NCBI GenBank assembly: GCA_016839765.1
Contig: JAEOTP010000043.1
Location: 4,345 to 68,344 of the forward strand
Length of the DNA: 64,000 bases
Direction of reading: 5' to 3'
DNA from: Promethearchaeota archaeon
Lineage (GTDB): Archaea; Asgardarchaeota; Lokiarchaeia; Sigyniarchaeales; SOKP01
Part shown: piece by piece, positions 39,016 through 49,576 of the stretch
Layout: each line of letters begins with the position of its first letter
How positions within the stretch are numbered: position 1 is the first letter of the stretch
Notes under the pieces: generated by a model
What the model was told of the DNA's origin: nothing
The model's database searches: none
Seen by the model: only the letters and a program-made list of their open reading frames with translations
Made by a program: the position numbers and the translations under genes

Positions 39016-39055
39016 AACCTTAGGAAGGATTTAATAACCTTAGGAAGGATTTAAT
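39016..39055. repeat. Perfect 20-bp tandem duplication
   Basis: AACCTTAGGAAGGATTTAAT x2. Confidence 0.85.
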
Positions 39056-39073
39056 AATATTAAAATTTAATTT

Positions 39074-42000
39074 TTATTGATAAATTGTTTCAACCCAATT
39101 TTCTAACTCTAAATATAATTTTTTTAACTTATTGATCTGTTCTTCTGTTGCATCCCAGTAATTTCTATTTTCTGCTTGTAACATATTTCTAATTATATCC
39201 ATCATTGCAAATCTATTATTTTCAATAAGTGCCTCTCGAATTTCCTCATTTTCTACATATTGTTGATAGCTTTTATCCCAAATCCAATTATCTACAGCAT
39301 GAGCTGTTGCTGCGAGTCCTAAAACATTCTCAACACGTTCAGCGACTTTTTGACCACCATGATATTTATGCTTCAGCAAGGATTTTATCCATTGAGGATT
39401 CAAGTTACGCGTAATTGCTCCTTCTTTTATACTTTTTTCCAGACGATCTACTTGAATTTTTTTTCTTGAGGTGTCAGCAATATATACATTTGCTTTTTCA
39501 CCACTAAGGTGTTCATGAGTTCTGGCTAAACCTCCTGTAAATTCATAATAATGGTCTAAATCTGTAATATGATATTCGCTTGAGTCTCTAATCTGACTCA
39601 TTAAATTGATTTTACTTACTGTTTGAGAAAATGTTTTTGGGCTCTTTTTAACATTTTGATTTTTCATGTATGCAAAACTCATATTATTAATATAATCATC
39701 AACGAGTTCTTGTTCTTCTTTCCATTTTCCAGCAGAGATTATATTAGTAAGATTAGTATTGTATTTTCCTGGAGGAGGACCAAACACCCTTGCATTGGGA
39801 ACCTCAACTTCCTGATTTTTAAGTTCTATATACGTTTTTTTAACAAAATTCTTGTCTAGAGGCTCATCTAATTCTGCTACAGTCTCAATTACGTGATTAA
39901 TCAACTCTAATAAAAAAGGAAAAGTATCTCTAAATATTCCGCAAATTGTAATAAGAACATTAATTCTTGGATGAGTCATTTCTTCTAAAGGAATTACTTC
40001 AAATTCAGTAGTCCAAATAGATTTATTTTTTATTGCTCTTACACCTAAATAATTAAAAATTTGACCTATTGTTTCGCCACCAGTTTTCATAGTCTCAAAT
40101 GCCCATAAAACCACGCTAACTGTTTCAGGATATTTATTATTTTCATTATAATATTTTTTTAATAGTCTCTCTGCGATTATTGATCCTCTTTTATAAGCAG
40201 TGGTATTAGGGATTAATCTGGGATCAAAACCATAAGAATTTCTACCTGTTGGGAAGATATGAGGTGAACGGATGGTATCTCCACCCAATCCTGGTTCAAT
40301 ATACCCTCCTTCTAACGCATGGACCAAATTTTCCATTTCCATAGAGTTATCCATTCTGTATATAAGATCAATGATCCAATTCACGAAAAATTTCTTTTCT
40401 TGATCGGTAATTTGAAAACTTAATACAAGAGAACTTGATATTCTATCTATATTAAAATTATTTATGTTCGCGGAGGCGTTAATTTGATTTAATATTTGGT
40501 TAATAATACCATTAAGTTCATCTGACGCATTTTTTTTTTCTTTGAATAATTTTGATATAAATGTGTCGATTTCCTCTGGTTTTTCTACAGAATTTAATAG
40601 TATCATATTAATAATATCTTTTTTCTCCTGATCATTGTATTTTTTACCCAATATGTGTAAACCCATAGGAATTATCGATGTTTTATACCGATATAATATA
40701 TCCTCTAATTCGGAAACACTATTATACTCTAATTCTAACTTTTCTGCTAAGTCTTTTATTTCTTTTTCTAAATCTTCAATTCTTTCGGATTTTACATGAT
40801 CAGAAGAATTTTTAAGATTAAAATCGAATTCAGATTGGTATTCCTTTATCAATGTTTCTAAATTTTCTAATTCTTCATATAAATCAGAATTTTTGAATGA
40901 TGGACCAGCATGATTAATAATTAATGCATTTCCCCTCCTTTTAGCAATTGCAGATTCACTGGTATTAGTAATATGATAATAATAGAGATTTGGAATATCC
41001 CCTAATAAATTCATAGGGTAATCCCATAAACCACCAGCACATTCCTTACCTGGTAAAAATTCTTCAGTTCCATGTGTTCCAATGTTTATAACAGCATCTA
41101 CATCTAGTATTTTTTCAAGATATCTATAAAAGGCTATATATTGATGATGTGGTGGCAAATTTTTATCATGATATTCATTCGGATCTCCAGTAACAGTACT
41201 TCGGGATGGTTGTAAGCATAAATACAAATTATTTAACTTTATAATTGGTAGTTTTATGTTTGAATTTTCGGTCATGATTTTACCAATGGGAGTACCCCAG
41301 AATTTATACGTATCATGCTTTAATTGCTCTGGCAAATCGGAAATTAAATTTAAATAGTTCTCTTTATCTAAGATAATTCCATTGAAGTTTGGAGCCTTAA
41401 TGTGTTTTACTTTATTTACTGAGCCTCCTTCAATAAAAATATCAGCAAGGTTTTTATCCTCAGGGATATTTTTTACATTATATCCTTCATTAGCGAATTG
41501 ATTAATTAGATTGCGAACTGATTCAGATACATCTAAATAGGCTGCGTTTCCAATCTTATCTTCGCCAGGAGGATAATTATAAATAATTAGAGCAATAATT
41601 TTTTCTGAATTTAATTTAATTCTTAATTTTAACCACTTTCTAATTCTATTACATACTAAAGATATATTTTCAGTTATAGGAGCAACTTCTAGTACATCTG
41701 AATGAATTTTTTCAGAATATCCCAGGTTTTTGATACATCCAACAGTGATCATCTCAAATCTACCATCAAGTTCAGGCATTACAATAGCAATAATTTGATT
41801 GATGGGGATAATTCCTTCTTTGGATTCTACATATTTTTCTAAAGGCATATCAAATTGAATAATTGGATTGAAATGAGGAACATCCATTTTTTTAAAAAGA
41901 TCTAATGTAACAGAACCGTCTCCGCCAAAAGGACCTCCATTTAGTTGAAAATATTGAAGATTTATTACACCACTTACAATGCTTTTATTATTTTGCAAGA

Positions 42001-42883
42001 AAAACTTTTGATAGGCTTCCAAATTCGTTAATACATCTGAAAATACAGGAATAACATTAAAATCTGTTAAATTCTTAATAAACTCTTCTACTATAGGGAG
42101 TGATTGCTCAAAATACAATCCGCCATAAAAAAATAAGCCAAGTGTTTGTTTTTGTAAATTAATAGGTTTAACTTTAAAATAATCTTCTAAATTACCAAAG
42201 TATCGATTCAAATTGATATCATAAATTCCAAATGAAGGAATTTTGAGAGGCTTTTGGACTTTTAGGTCTTTATACCCCATGTAATGTTTTAGTAAAAAAA
42301 GTATCATATTTTTATGATTTTCGGCCAAACCACCAAGACCGTAAACCCAATAATCCATCATTAAACCCCAATATCTAGCATGTCTCAATACTTTAATAGG
42401 AAAAATTTTACCCATCGTTTTCATTAAATTAGTCATTTTTTGCCCGAATCTTACACCATTAGTTATATCAGGGATTTCATCTATTCCGTATTCTGTTTGT
42501 TGAGGTGAAGGGATTCTTCGTGCAAAGAATGGGCCCATTTTGGTTAACCTCCTGATTTCACTATTTCCTCCTACTAAAGCTATGATGGTTTTTGAGTTAA
42601 ACAATTTAGGATTTTCATTTTCCATTTTTTTATAAGTATCCACTAATAGCTCAACTGTTGGACAATTCCCTCTAATATCAATCAGCATAATTCGTGATTC
42701 GTAAATTTCTTTTATGAATTCATCTTTAGTTGTTTTACCAGAATCAACATCATTTAAAAAATATACTTTAAAATCAAATTGCTTTCCAATTTCTCTATAA
42801 ATCTGAGAAATACACTCTGTTAACCATTTTGTAAATACACTAGCTGAAATTAGTGTAATTTTAGGAATTTTTTTACTAATCAT
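39074..42883 (-). CDS. Class I chelatase large subunit (ChlH/BchH/CobN family)
   Basis: PELDG, YNYPPG, PPHHQYIAFY, GTHGTEEFLPGK, SESAIAKRR, PTGRN, YPETVSVVLW, CGIFRD, DLDHYYEF.GG, LNPQW. Confidence 0.9.
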   Translation of the reverse strand: MISKKIPKITLISASVFTKWLTECISQIYREIGKQFDFKVYFLNDVDSGKTTKDEFIKEIYESRIMLIDIRGNCPTVELLVDTYKKMENENPKLFNSKTIIALVGGNSEIRRLTKMGPFFARRIPSPQQTEYGIDEIPDITNGVRFGQKMTNLMKTMGKIFPIKVLRHARYWGLMMDYWVYGLGGLAENHKNMILFLLKHYMGYKDLKVQKPLKIPSFGIYDINLNRYFGNLEDYFKVKPINLQKQTLGLFFYGGLYFEQSLPIVEEFIKNLTDFNVIPVFSDVLTNLEAYQKFFLQNNKSIVSGVINLQYFQLNGGPFGGDGSVTLDLFKKMDVPHFNPIIQFDMPLEKYVESKEGIIPINQIIAIVMPELDGRFEMITVGCIKNLGYSEKIHSDVLEVAPITENISLVCNRIRKWLKLRIKLNSEKIIALIIYNYPPGEDKIGNAAYLDVSESVRNLINQFANEGYNVKNIPEDKNLADIFIEGGSVNKVKHIKAPNFNGIILDKENYLNLISDLPEQLKHDTYKFWGTPIGKIMTENSNIKLPIIKLNNLYLCLQPSRSTVTGDPNEYHDKNLPPHHQYIAFYRYLEKILDVDAVINIGTHGTEEFLPGKECAGGLWDYPMNLLGDIPNLYYYHITNTSESAIAKRRGNALIINHAGPSFKNSDLYEELENLETLIKEYQSEFDFNLKNSSDHVKSERIEDLEKEIKDLAEKLELEYNSVSELEDILYRYKTSIIPMGLHILGKKYNDQEKKDIINMILLNSVEKPEEIDTFISKLFKEKKNASDELNGIINQILNQINASANINNFNIDRISSSLVLSFQITDQEKKFFVNWIIDLIYRMDNSMEMENLVHALEGGYIEPGLGGDTIRSPHIFPTGRNSYGFDPRLIPNTTAYKRGSIIAERLLKKYYNENNKYPETVSVVLWAFETMKTGGETIGQIFNYLGVRAIKNKSIWTTEFEVIPLEEMTHPRINVLITICGIFRDTFPFLLELINHVIETVAELDEPLDKNFVKKTYIELKNQEVEVPNARVFGPPPGKYNTNLTNIISAGKWKEEQELVDDYINNMSFAYMKNQNVKKSPKTFSQTVSKINLMSQIRDSSEYHITDLDHYYEFTGGLARTHEHLSGEKANVYIADTSRKKIQVDRLEKSIKEGAITRNLNPQWIKSLLKHKYHGGQKVAERVENVLGLAATAHAVDNWIWDKSYQQYVENEEIREALIENNRFAMMDIIRNMLQAENRNYWDATEEQINKLKKLYLELENWVETIYQ

Positions 42884-42907
42884 TTTTTTAAAATAAGAAA
42901 TGTGATT

Positions 42908-44884
42908 TTATGATAAATCTTTAAGAATTCCTTCTATTGATAAAACTTGATTTAGATTTCTTTCATTTAAATGATCTAGATGATGATAAATAGCATTAGC
43001 AGCTTCTGAAAGTTTTTTATTAATTTCTAATTTAACATCTGAATTTTCAGTATCTATAATAATTATATTTATTTCATTATTTGCAATATATTCTCCAGTT
43101 TTAATAATATCTTCAATAGGATCATTGAAATATACATTACCTCTCGCATCAGTTAAAAGAATGATTAATGGTATATATCCAGTATTTTTACGATTTTCTT
43201 CGAGAGCAATATCTACTGCCTTCATTAATCCTGCAACCAATGGAGTTGTTCCTCCAGTTGGAACATCTTTTAATAACTTATATGCTAAATCCGTGCTCCT
43301 TGTCGGAGGTAATATGACTTCAGCTTTATCTTTTCTAAAGACTATAAGAGATACTTTATCCCTATAGACATAATTACTTTTTAGAATTGAAAATATTGTA
43401 CCTTTAACAGATTTCATTCGCTCATTAGCCCCCATAGAGCCAGATGCGTCAACACAGAAAATAACTAAATAGCTAGATTTTCCTCTCCTTTTTTTAATAT
43501 GAATATGATCTTCCTTAATTAGGAGATGCTCTCCATTTTGTACCAATAATTGATTTTCTGAGTCTAAGGCAGCACTATTTATAGTTTCATTAATGGCAAT
43601 ATCACTAGCTTTTGAAAAATCAAACTTACGAGGTTTTCTACCGCCTAAATATTTAGCTTTTGAATCTCTGGTAGGGTGAGTAACTCTCTGGCCTGAGACA
43701 TTCAATAATGCCCTCCTTTTTTGATCTTTTATCAAATCTCCTGTTTTAATAGAGGTATCTATCTCAAAAATTTCTTCCTGATTGTTGAAAATTTGTTTAT
43801 CCTTAAGGGAATCTTCAAATGGTCCTTGATTTTCAGTGAAATCAGAAGTTTCCCGTTCATTGAATAAATCTTCAATATCTTCTTCATTTAAGGTTTGTTC
43901 TTCGAATGGAAGTCTTCTTAGCCTATGATTGAGGGCGAGTTTAGCTGCTTTTTTTATGTCTTCTTCAATTACCTCATCTCTTCCTTCAAATGCTGCTAAA
44001 GTTTTAGCTGTACGAGTAATTGTTATATCTGCTCTATGACCATCTACTTGAAAGGCAATACAGATTTTTGCAATTTTTTTTAAAAAATTTTCAGAAATAA
44101 CAACTTGATTTAAAAGCTTTTTAGCATTAATAATCTTGCTTCTTAATTTCTTTTGTTCTTTTTCAAACTTTTTTAAGAAATTATGAGGATTATTTTGAAA
44201 TTCCTCAACATGTTTAACAATCTGAACACGCTTGTCAATATCTTTAATTCTTTCTACATCAACACTTAATCCAAATCGGTCTAGTAACTGAGGTCTTAGA
44301 TTTCCCTCTTCAGGATTCATTGTTCCAACTAAAATAAAATTAGAAGGATGATGAAAACTAAGACCTTCACGCTCAATTATATTTAATCCCATAGCAGCAC
44401 TATCTAAAAGAATATCAGCAACATTATCCGCTAAGAGGTTAACTTCATCAATATAAAGAATATTTCTATGAGCTTCAGCTAAAATTCCTGGTTCTAAAGA
44501 TTTTAATCCCTCCTTTAATGCTCTCTTAATATCGATTGTACCTACAACCCTATCTTCAGTAGCATTTATAGGAAGAGTAATAACCCTCATCTTTTTACTA
44601 TCGATATCATTTTGATTAATTTGATTGTTTTGGTATTTTTCTAGGCAAGAATGACACATTTCTTTTTGATCGTAAGGATTGCAATTAAAAGTACAAGATT
44701 TGATATATTCTATTTCTGGTAATATATCAGCCAAAGCTCTAACTGCTGTTGATTTAGCTGTTCCTTTCATTCCACGTATCAATACTCCTCCAATTTTTGG
44801 ATTTACCGCATTTAAAGTTAGTGTTAATTTCATTAAATCTTGACCAATTATCGCGGTAAAAGGATAAACAATTTTATGAGTCAT
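42908..44884 (-). CDS. Chelatase ATPase subunit, ChlI/ChlD-type (AAA+ fused to vWA)
   Basis: [54 protein letters not shown]; vWA DASGSM, GGTTPL, LLTD. Confidence 0.9.
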   Translation of the reverse strand: MTHKIVYPFTAIIGQDLMKLTLTLNAVNPKIGGVLIRGMKGTAKSTAVRALADILPEIEYIKSCTFNCNPYDQKEMCHSCLEKYQNNQINQNDIDSKKMRVITLPINATEDRVVGTIDIKRALKEGLKSLEPGILAEAHRNILYIDEVNLLADNVADILLDSAAMGLNIIEREGLSFHHPSNFILVGTMNPEEGNLRPQLLDRFGLSVDVERIKDIDKRVQIVKHVEEFQNNPHNFLKKFEKEQKKLRSKIINAKKLLNQVVISENFLKKIAKICIAFQVDGHRADITITRTAKTLAAFEGRDEVIEEDIKKAAKLALNHRLRRLPFEEQTLNEEDIEDLFNERETSDFTENQGPFEDSLKDKQIFNNQEEIFEIDTSIKTGDLIKDQKRRALLNVSGQRVTHPTRDSKAKYLGGRKPRKFDFSKASDIAINETINSAALDSENQLLVQNGEHLLIKEDHIHIKKRRGKSSYLVIFCVDASGSMGANERMKSVKGTIFSILKSNYVYRDKVSLIVFRKDKAEVILPPTRSTDLAYKLLKDVPTGGTTPLVAGLMKAVDIALEENRKNTGYIPLIILLTDARGNVYFNDPIEDIIKTGEYIANNEINIIIIDTENSDVKLEINKKLSEAANAIYHHLDHLNERNLNQVLSIEGILKDLS

Positions 44885-45072
44885 ATTAAAAATTAATTTA
44901 ATTATTTTTAGAATTCATACTAAATTATAATTTTTTCATATCGAATAAGTTTTTAAAAAATTTAAGAATTTCTTTTTTAAATTATATAGAAGTAGGTGCG
45001 AATATTTTTCAAATAAATCTTAAGCGAGGCTGGAAAAAATATCAAAAGTAAGAGAGAAAAAAAATAAATTTT

Positions 45073-46617
45073 CTACTTTTTAAATTTATTAAAAGCTTTT
45101 ATACCTATTACGAGTATTATAGTAGAATATAGCGTTAATAGACCCAGATTCAATAATGTATCTGGATGACTTAAAGGAAGCCCATTCAGCAGTAGATTTT
45201 GTAAAGCAACAACAGCAAATCTAGTGGGAAGCCAAGCAGCTATAGCCTTCATAGTTTCGCCAAAAAGCTCAATAGGTACGAAAATACCACTAACCATTGC
45301 TAATGGAATTATAATTATCCATACGCCTCCACCTGCAGAATCAGGATCTTTAAATACAGGTGCTAATGCTAAAGCTAGAGCCAATAATAAGAAGGAAAAT
45401 AAGAACATAGTTAAAATAATCCCTAAGATACCGTCAAGCAACGAATACATGATAGGACTCCACCCAAATAAACCCAGGATTAAGGCTCCAATTCCAAATT
45501 GCATAAAAATCAGAATAATATTTGAAGCAATATTTGAAATTATTATTTCCCAGTTAGTCACTTCTGTTGAGGCAAGACGCTTATATATCCCATCTTTTTT
45601 TTCTCCAGTAAGAATCACAAGTGCAAATGAAAGAATTGTCATTGGACCATAAAGTAGATATCCTGGAGCTGAAAACGTGATGTTATTTACAACTTGTCCA
45701 ACAGTGCTTTTTTTCCCATGTGGCAATTCAATTTCTAATGGATTATTGTTAATGATGCTTGATAACACTTGTACGAAAATATTTTCGATTGTAGCTTGTA
45801 CAGCTGGAGATACTGTTTGAAGAAAATAGATTTCAAAACTTAGCGTGGAAAAAGGAGTTGAATTAGGAATCATGTAATTATATTTTAAAGGGATAGTAAT
45901 GTTTGAAGTGGCGTTTAATATATGAAAATAATTATTTGCTAATGACAGAAACGTACCAATTATGTAATAATTTTTTGAGAGTGAGGTACCATTACGGAAT
46001 AAATAACTCATATTAACGTCCCACGAACCATCTAAGCCTTTTAAGAAATTTTGGTTAATTATTAGCATTCCATCGTAGTTATAATTGTTAAAGTCCGATA
46101 AAATGTTATTTCCTTCAGTTTTATTATAGTATGTGAATTTAAATAAATGGGAAGTAGTTGAAACTAAAGATATGTAAAAATCCAATATTGAAAAATTTGC
46201 TGAGGTAGATGTATCATTGTTCCAAAAAGCTATATTCACAAAAGATCGATTTTCAAGATATGATTCGTAACCTTCAGGAAAATAAAGATATGCTGTAATA
46301 GTTCCTTCTAAAGCTGCTTGTTTGGCTTCTTCTAAAGATGAATAATTAACTAAATTTATTCCGTTTATCTCATCAGTAACTTCATAGATATAACTCAAAT
46401 TAAATTGTGGGTGTATGCCATAATTTGCATTAGTAGTATCATCATCAATCCAACCAATATTATAGGTTGTAGTTGTATCACTGAAATCTATGCCTCCAAA
46501 AATCAATCCTAATAATAAATAATATATAACGGGTATTAATATTAAAAATCCAAGAGTTTTTGGATTTCTAATAAATCTCATAAGATTTTTTTTAATAAGT
46601 ACTATTAATCTTGACAT
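45073..46617 (-). CDS. ABC-2 type exporter permease with large extracellular domain
   Basis: N-terminal TM, N-x-S/T-rich loop, EKKDGIYKRL, SGIFVPIE, LPTRFAV. Confidence 0.85.
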   Translation of the reverse strand: MSRLIVLIKKNLMRFIRNPKTLGFLILIPVIYYLLLGLIFGGIDFSDTTTTYNIGWIDDDTTNANYGIHPQFNLSYIYEVTDEINGINLVNYSSLEEAKQAALEGTITAYLYFPEGYESYLENRSFVNIAFWNNDTSTSANFSILDFYISLVSTTSHLFKFTYYNKTEGNNILSDFNNYNYDGMLIINQNFLKGLDGSWDVNMSYLFRNGTSLSKNYYIIGTFLSLANNYFHILNATSNITIPLKYNYMIPNSTPFSTLSFEIYFLQTVSPAVQATIENIFVQVLSSIINNNPLEIELPHGKKSTVGQVVNNITFSAPGYLLYGPMTILSFALVILTGEKKDGIYKRLASTEVTNWEIIISNIASNIILIFMQFGIGALILGLFGWSPIMYSLLDGILGIILTMFLFSFLLLALALALAPVFKDPDSAGGGVWIIIIPLAMVSGIFVPIELFGETMKAIAAWLPTRFAVVALQNLLLNGLPLSHPDTLLNLGLLTLYSTIILVIGIKAFNKFKK

Positions 46618-46633
46618 TTCTTGATCCCTCCCG

Positions 46634-47620
46634 TTACTCCCTTAAAGATCTTCCTGTTAATGCTAAAAATACATTTTCTAGACTATTTCTCTGAATACCA
46701 ACATCAACAACTTGTAATCCGTTATGCGTAAAATTTTTTATAATTTTACCTATTTTTCCAACTCCGTCCATTGCACTTACTCTTGTCTCCATTTCTTCTT
46801 CAAGGTAAAATGCATCTAGGACATACTCATTATTCTTTACTTCTTCAATGGATTTTAGAAGCTTTTCTCTTGTTCCTTCAATTTTTAGAAATAACATATC
46901 CCCTTTACCTATTGTCTCTTTTAAGTGTTCTGGGGTACCCTCAGCAATGATCTTTCCATAATCAATTATCGCTAATCTATCTGAAAGTATATCTGCTTCG
47001 TCCATATAGTGAGTCGTTAAAAATATTGTCTTATCACGTTTTTTCAATTCAAAGATATAATCCCACATTAACCTTCTCGTTTGAGGATCTAATCCTGCTG
47101 TAGGTTCATCAAGAAATAGGATGCTAGGATCATGAACTAATCCAATAATTAAATTTAACCTTCTTTTCATGCCACCACTTAATTTTCGAGCTTTAGTTTT
47201 ACGTTTTTCCTCCAATCCAACTTTATTAATTAGATTATTGGCTCTTTGCTTAAGAATTGACGAATTAACCGTATACATTTTTCCGAAGAACATTAGATTT
47301 TCATATACAGTAAGTTCTTCATAAAAAATGTTTTCTTGTGGTGCTATTCCTATAAGTTTTTTTACTTCTGTTGCTTCTTTTACAACGTCAAAATTATTTA
47401 CTCTACCTTCTCCGCTTGTCGGTTTTAGGTAACAAGAAAGAATATTAATAGTTGTTGTTTTTCCGGCACCATTAGGTCCTAAGAATCCAAAGCATTCTCC
47501 CCTGTTTATTTTAAAAGAAATCTCATCTACTGCCTTTACATCTCCAAAATATTTCTTTAAGTCTTTAACCTCAATTGCAACATCATTGTTATTTACTTTT
47601 TCAAGTTTTGCAGATTCCAT
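46634..47620 (-). CDS. ABC exporter ATP-binding subunit
   Basis: GPNGAGKTT, LSGGMKRR, LFLDEPTAGLD, TTHYMDEA. Confidence 0.93.
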   Translation of the reverse strand: MESAKLEKVNNNDVAIEVKDLKKYFGDVKAVDEISFKINRGECFGFLGPNGAGKTTTINILSCYLKPTSGEGRVNNFDVVKEATEVKKLIGIAPQENIFYEELTVYENLMFFGKMYTVNSSILKQRANNLINKVGLEEKRKTKARKLSGGMKRRLNLIIGLVHDPSILFLDEPTAGLDPQTRRLMWDYIFELKKRDKTIFLTTHYMDEADILSDRLAIIDYGKIIAEGTPEHLKETIGKGDMLFLKIEGTREKLLKSIEEVKNNEYVLDAFYLEEEMETRVSAMDGVGKIGKIIKNFTHNGLQVVDVGIQRNSLENVFLALTGRSLRE

Positions 47621-47811
47621 TTTTTATATCTCTTTTTTTTAGATTTTTTTTGGTTTCATCTTTGAGTAACCCATATTCTTTATTAAAAGGTTTTTTAGAC
47701 CAATTTTTAGTTAATATAGTAAAAGTATTTAGATATTTATAACAGAAAGTTAGAACTTTTTTAGTTAAGAAATTTTTACTATATTTTTTTTAAAGGAATC
47801 ATTTTTAATTT

Positions 47812-48414
47812 TTGATGGAAGTACTTTTCTTCATTAAATCTAGCAGTGTAGACATTACAAATTATACAATTAAAGATATTCCTGGTTCATCCGGAAGATT
47901 AGATGTAATTTCTAGATGTATTCTTGCTGCCTTATTGAACCTAAAAGGATTTAATAATAATATCCAAATTTGGGTATTTTTAGAAAAATATGGTACTTTT
48001 ATATTTAACCCTGAATCATTTGATGAGGAGGTATTTCCAAAAAATGAAATTCTACTTACAGAATATTTTGTAGATTTAATCCTAAATAGAGCAGGTCAGC
48101 TAAGGTATAGTAAAAACCCTTTAAAAAGGATTAAATACATTAATCAAGATATCTTTAATACATTGAAAGCCTATAAAAAGCAAAAATATTCTATATATGT
48201 TCTAGACGAGAGTGGACAAGATTTCTTTAAATACATAAAAGAGATATCATCACAAGAGCACATTATTTTCGTTATTGGCAGTCAAACAGGTGAAATATTA
48301 AAATCAATAGAATTGATTGAGTTAAATCTACCAAATTTAAGTTTAGGAACTCAATCATATTTAGCTTCTTCCGTAATTCGATTAATAAGATTAAATTTAA
48401 AGTTATTAATATGA
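47812..48414 (+). CDS. trmY: tRNA pseudouridine-54 N1-methyltransferase TrmY (SPOUT)
   Basis: KDIPGSSGRLDVISRCI, LDESG, FVIG, LSLG..SYLAS. Confidence 0.8.
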   Translation: MMEVLFFIKSSSVDITNYTIKDIPGSSGRLDVISRCILAALLNLKGFNNNIQIWVFLEKYGTFIFNPESFDEEVFPKNEILLTEYFVDLILNRAGQLRYSKNPLKRIKYINQDIFNTLKAYKKQKYSIYVLDESGQDFFKYIKEISSQEHIIFVIGSQTGEILKSIELIELNLPNLSLGTQSYLASSVIRLIRLNLKLLI

Positions 48415-48430
48415 AAAATTTTTTATTTTA

Positions 48431-49162
48431 ATGAATGTTAAAATTATAATATCTCTAAATTCGAAAGCGGCAATAAAAGTGAGTGAAAAAGAAAAAGCGA
48501 ATATCAAGAGACAAAATCAAAGAAAGCTACTTGATAAATTTATTGATCATCCAGTGAGGCTTTTAATTAAGCATAATGTCTCTCCTAATTCTCTTTCTTT
48601 TATTGGTTTTATATTTTCTATTGCTGCTGCTTTTTTTATTTCAATTGGGGGGCTCCACTTTCCAATATGGTCGGCTTGGATTGTACCTTTTCTAATGTTT
48701 TGGGCTGGAGCTTTTGATGTTTTTGATGGGGAAGTTGCTAGAAGAACTGGTCATAATTCAAGAGCCGGAGCATTCCTAGATTCAAATTTAGATAGATTAT
48801 CTGATGCTGTAATTATTTTAGGTTTGATATTTGGAAATTTAATCGATTATCTATGGGGTTATATCCTTCTCTTTTTAGTAATAATGATTTCTTATATAAG
48901 AGCGCGCGCTGAAAATATGGGAATTGAAATGGAAGGGGTAGGATTTATGGAAAGAGCTGAAAGACTTATAATTTTGTGGTTCGCTTTTATTACTGAGTTT
49001 TGGATCTTTTATTTATCTAATCTTATATATGGCTCTCATTTCAAAGAATTTTTTCCTATTTTCATTATAATATATACAGGATTACTTGTTTTTACCATCC
49101 TCCAGAGGCTTTTATATTCATTTAAATCGTTGCATGAAATTGATAAAGAAAAATTGAAATAA
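48431..49162 (+). CDS. pgsA: CDP-alcohol phosphatidyltransferase (archaetidylinositol phosphate synthase-like)
   Basis: SPN..S, DVFDGEVARRTG..SRAGAFLDSNLDRLSD, ISYIRARAE, GFMERAER; start possibly GTG 48479. Confidence 0.88.
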   Translation: MNVKIIISLNSKAAIKVSEKEKANIKRQNQRKLLDKFIDHPVRLLIKHNVSPNSLSFIGFIFSIAAAFFISIGGLHFPIWSAWIVPFLMFWAGAFDVFDGEVARRTGHNSRAGAFLDSNLDRLSDAVIILGLIFGNLIDYLWGYILLFLVIMISYIRARAENMGIEMEGVGFMERAERLIILWFAFITEFWIFYLSNLIYGSHFKEFFPIFIIIYTGLLVFTILQRLLYSFKSLHEIDKEKLK

Positions 49163-49302
49163 AGAAGTTCTTCTAAAACAATACATTAAAATCACTCGAT
49201 ATTGTTGAAAATTTGAGAGAAAGAATAAATTTTTTAAGCTTTATCTTATTCAAATAATTAGAACTAATTTCATCTAAAACGATACTAAAAAGGCTGATTT
49301 TA

Positions 49303-49575
49303 ATTCCTAAAAAGAGAAAAAGTGGCGGTAAAAGCGGTTCAAGTAAAGGTCAACACTCAAAAGTTCAGTGTGCTAAATGTGGGCGCTTTGTTGCTCGAAG
49401 TAAAGCTAAAGCTGTGACAAGAAGAGTACCATTAGTAGATGGAAGAATGTATACAGAGCTTAAAAAATCTGGAACAATTATTCAAGCTCCCACTAAAACG
49501 AAATACTATTGTATTAGCTGTGCTATTCATTCTCATCAGATAAGTCAACGAGATAAGAGTTTAAGGAAAGATTAA
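49303..49575 (+). CDS. rps26e: 30S ribosomal protein eS26 (not in the ORF track; ATT start)
   Basis: Manual translation (M)PKKRKSGGKSGSSKGQHSKVQCAKCGRFVARSKAKAVTRRVPLVD...YYCISCAIHSH; lies after pgsA. Confidence 0.92.
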   Translation: MPKKRKSGGKSGSSKGQHSKVQCAKCGRFVARSKAKAVTRRVPLVDGRMYTELKKSGTIIQAPTKTKYYCISCAIHSHQISQRDKSLRKD

Positions 49576-49576
49576 G

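Noticed and set aside
39016-39055. Possible CRISPR repeat
   Set aside because: Only two adjacent 20-bp units, no spacer, no cas genes.
39074-44884. Evidence of (bacterio)chlorophyll synthesis or phototrophy
   Set aside because: No other bch/chl genes in the window, and ChlH/CobN-family chelatases occur in non-phototrophs.
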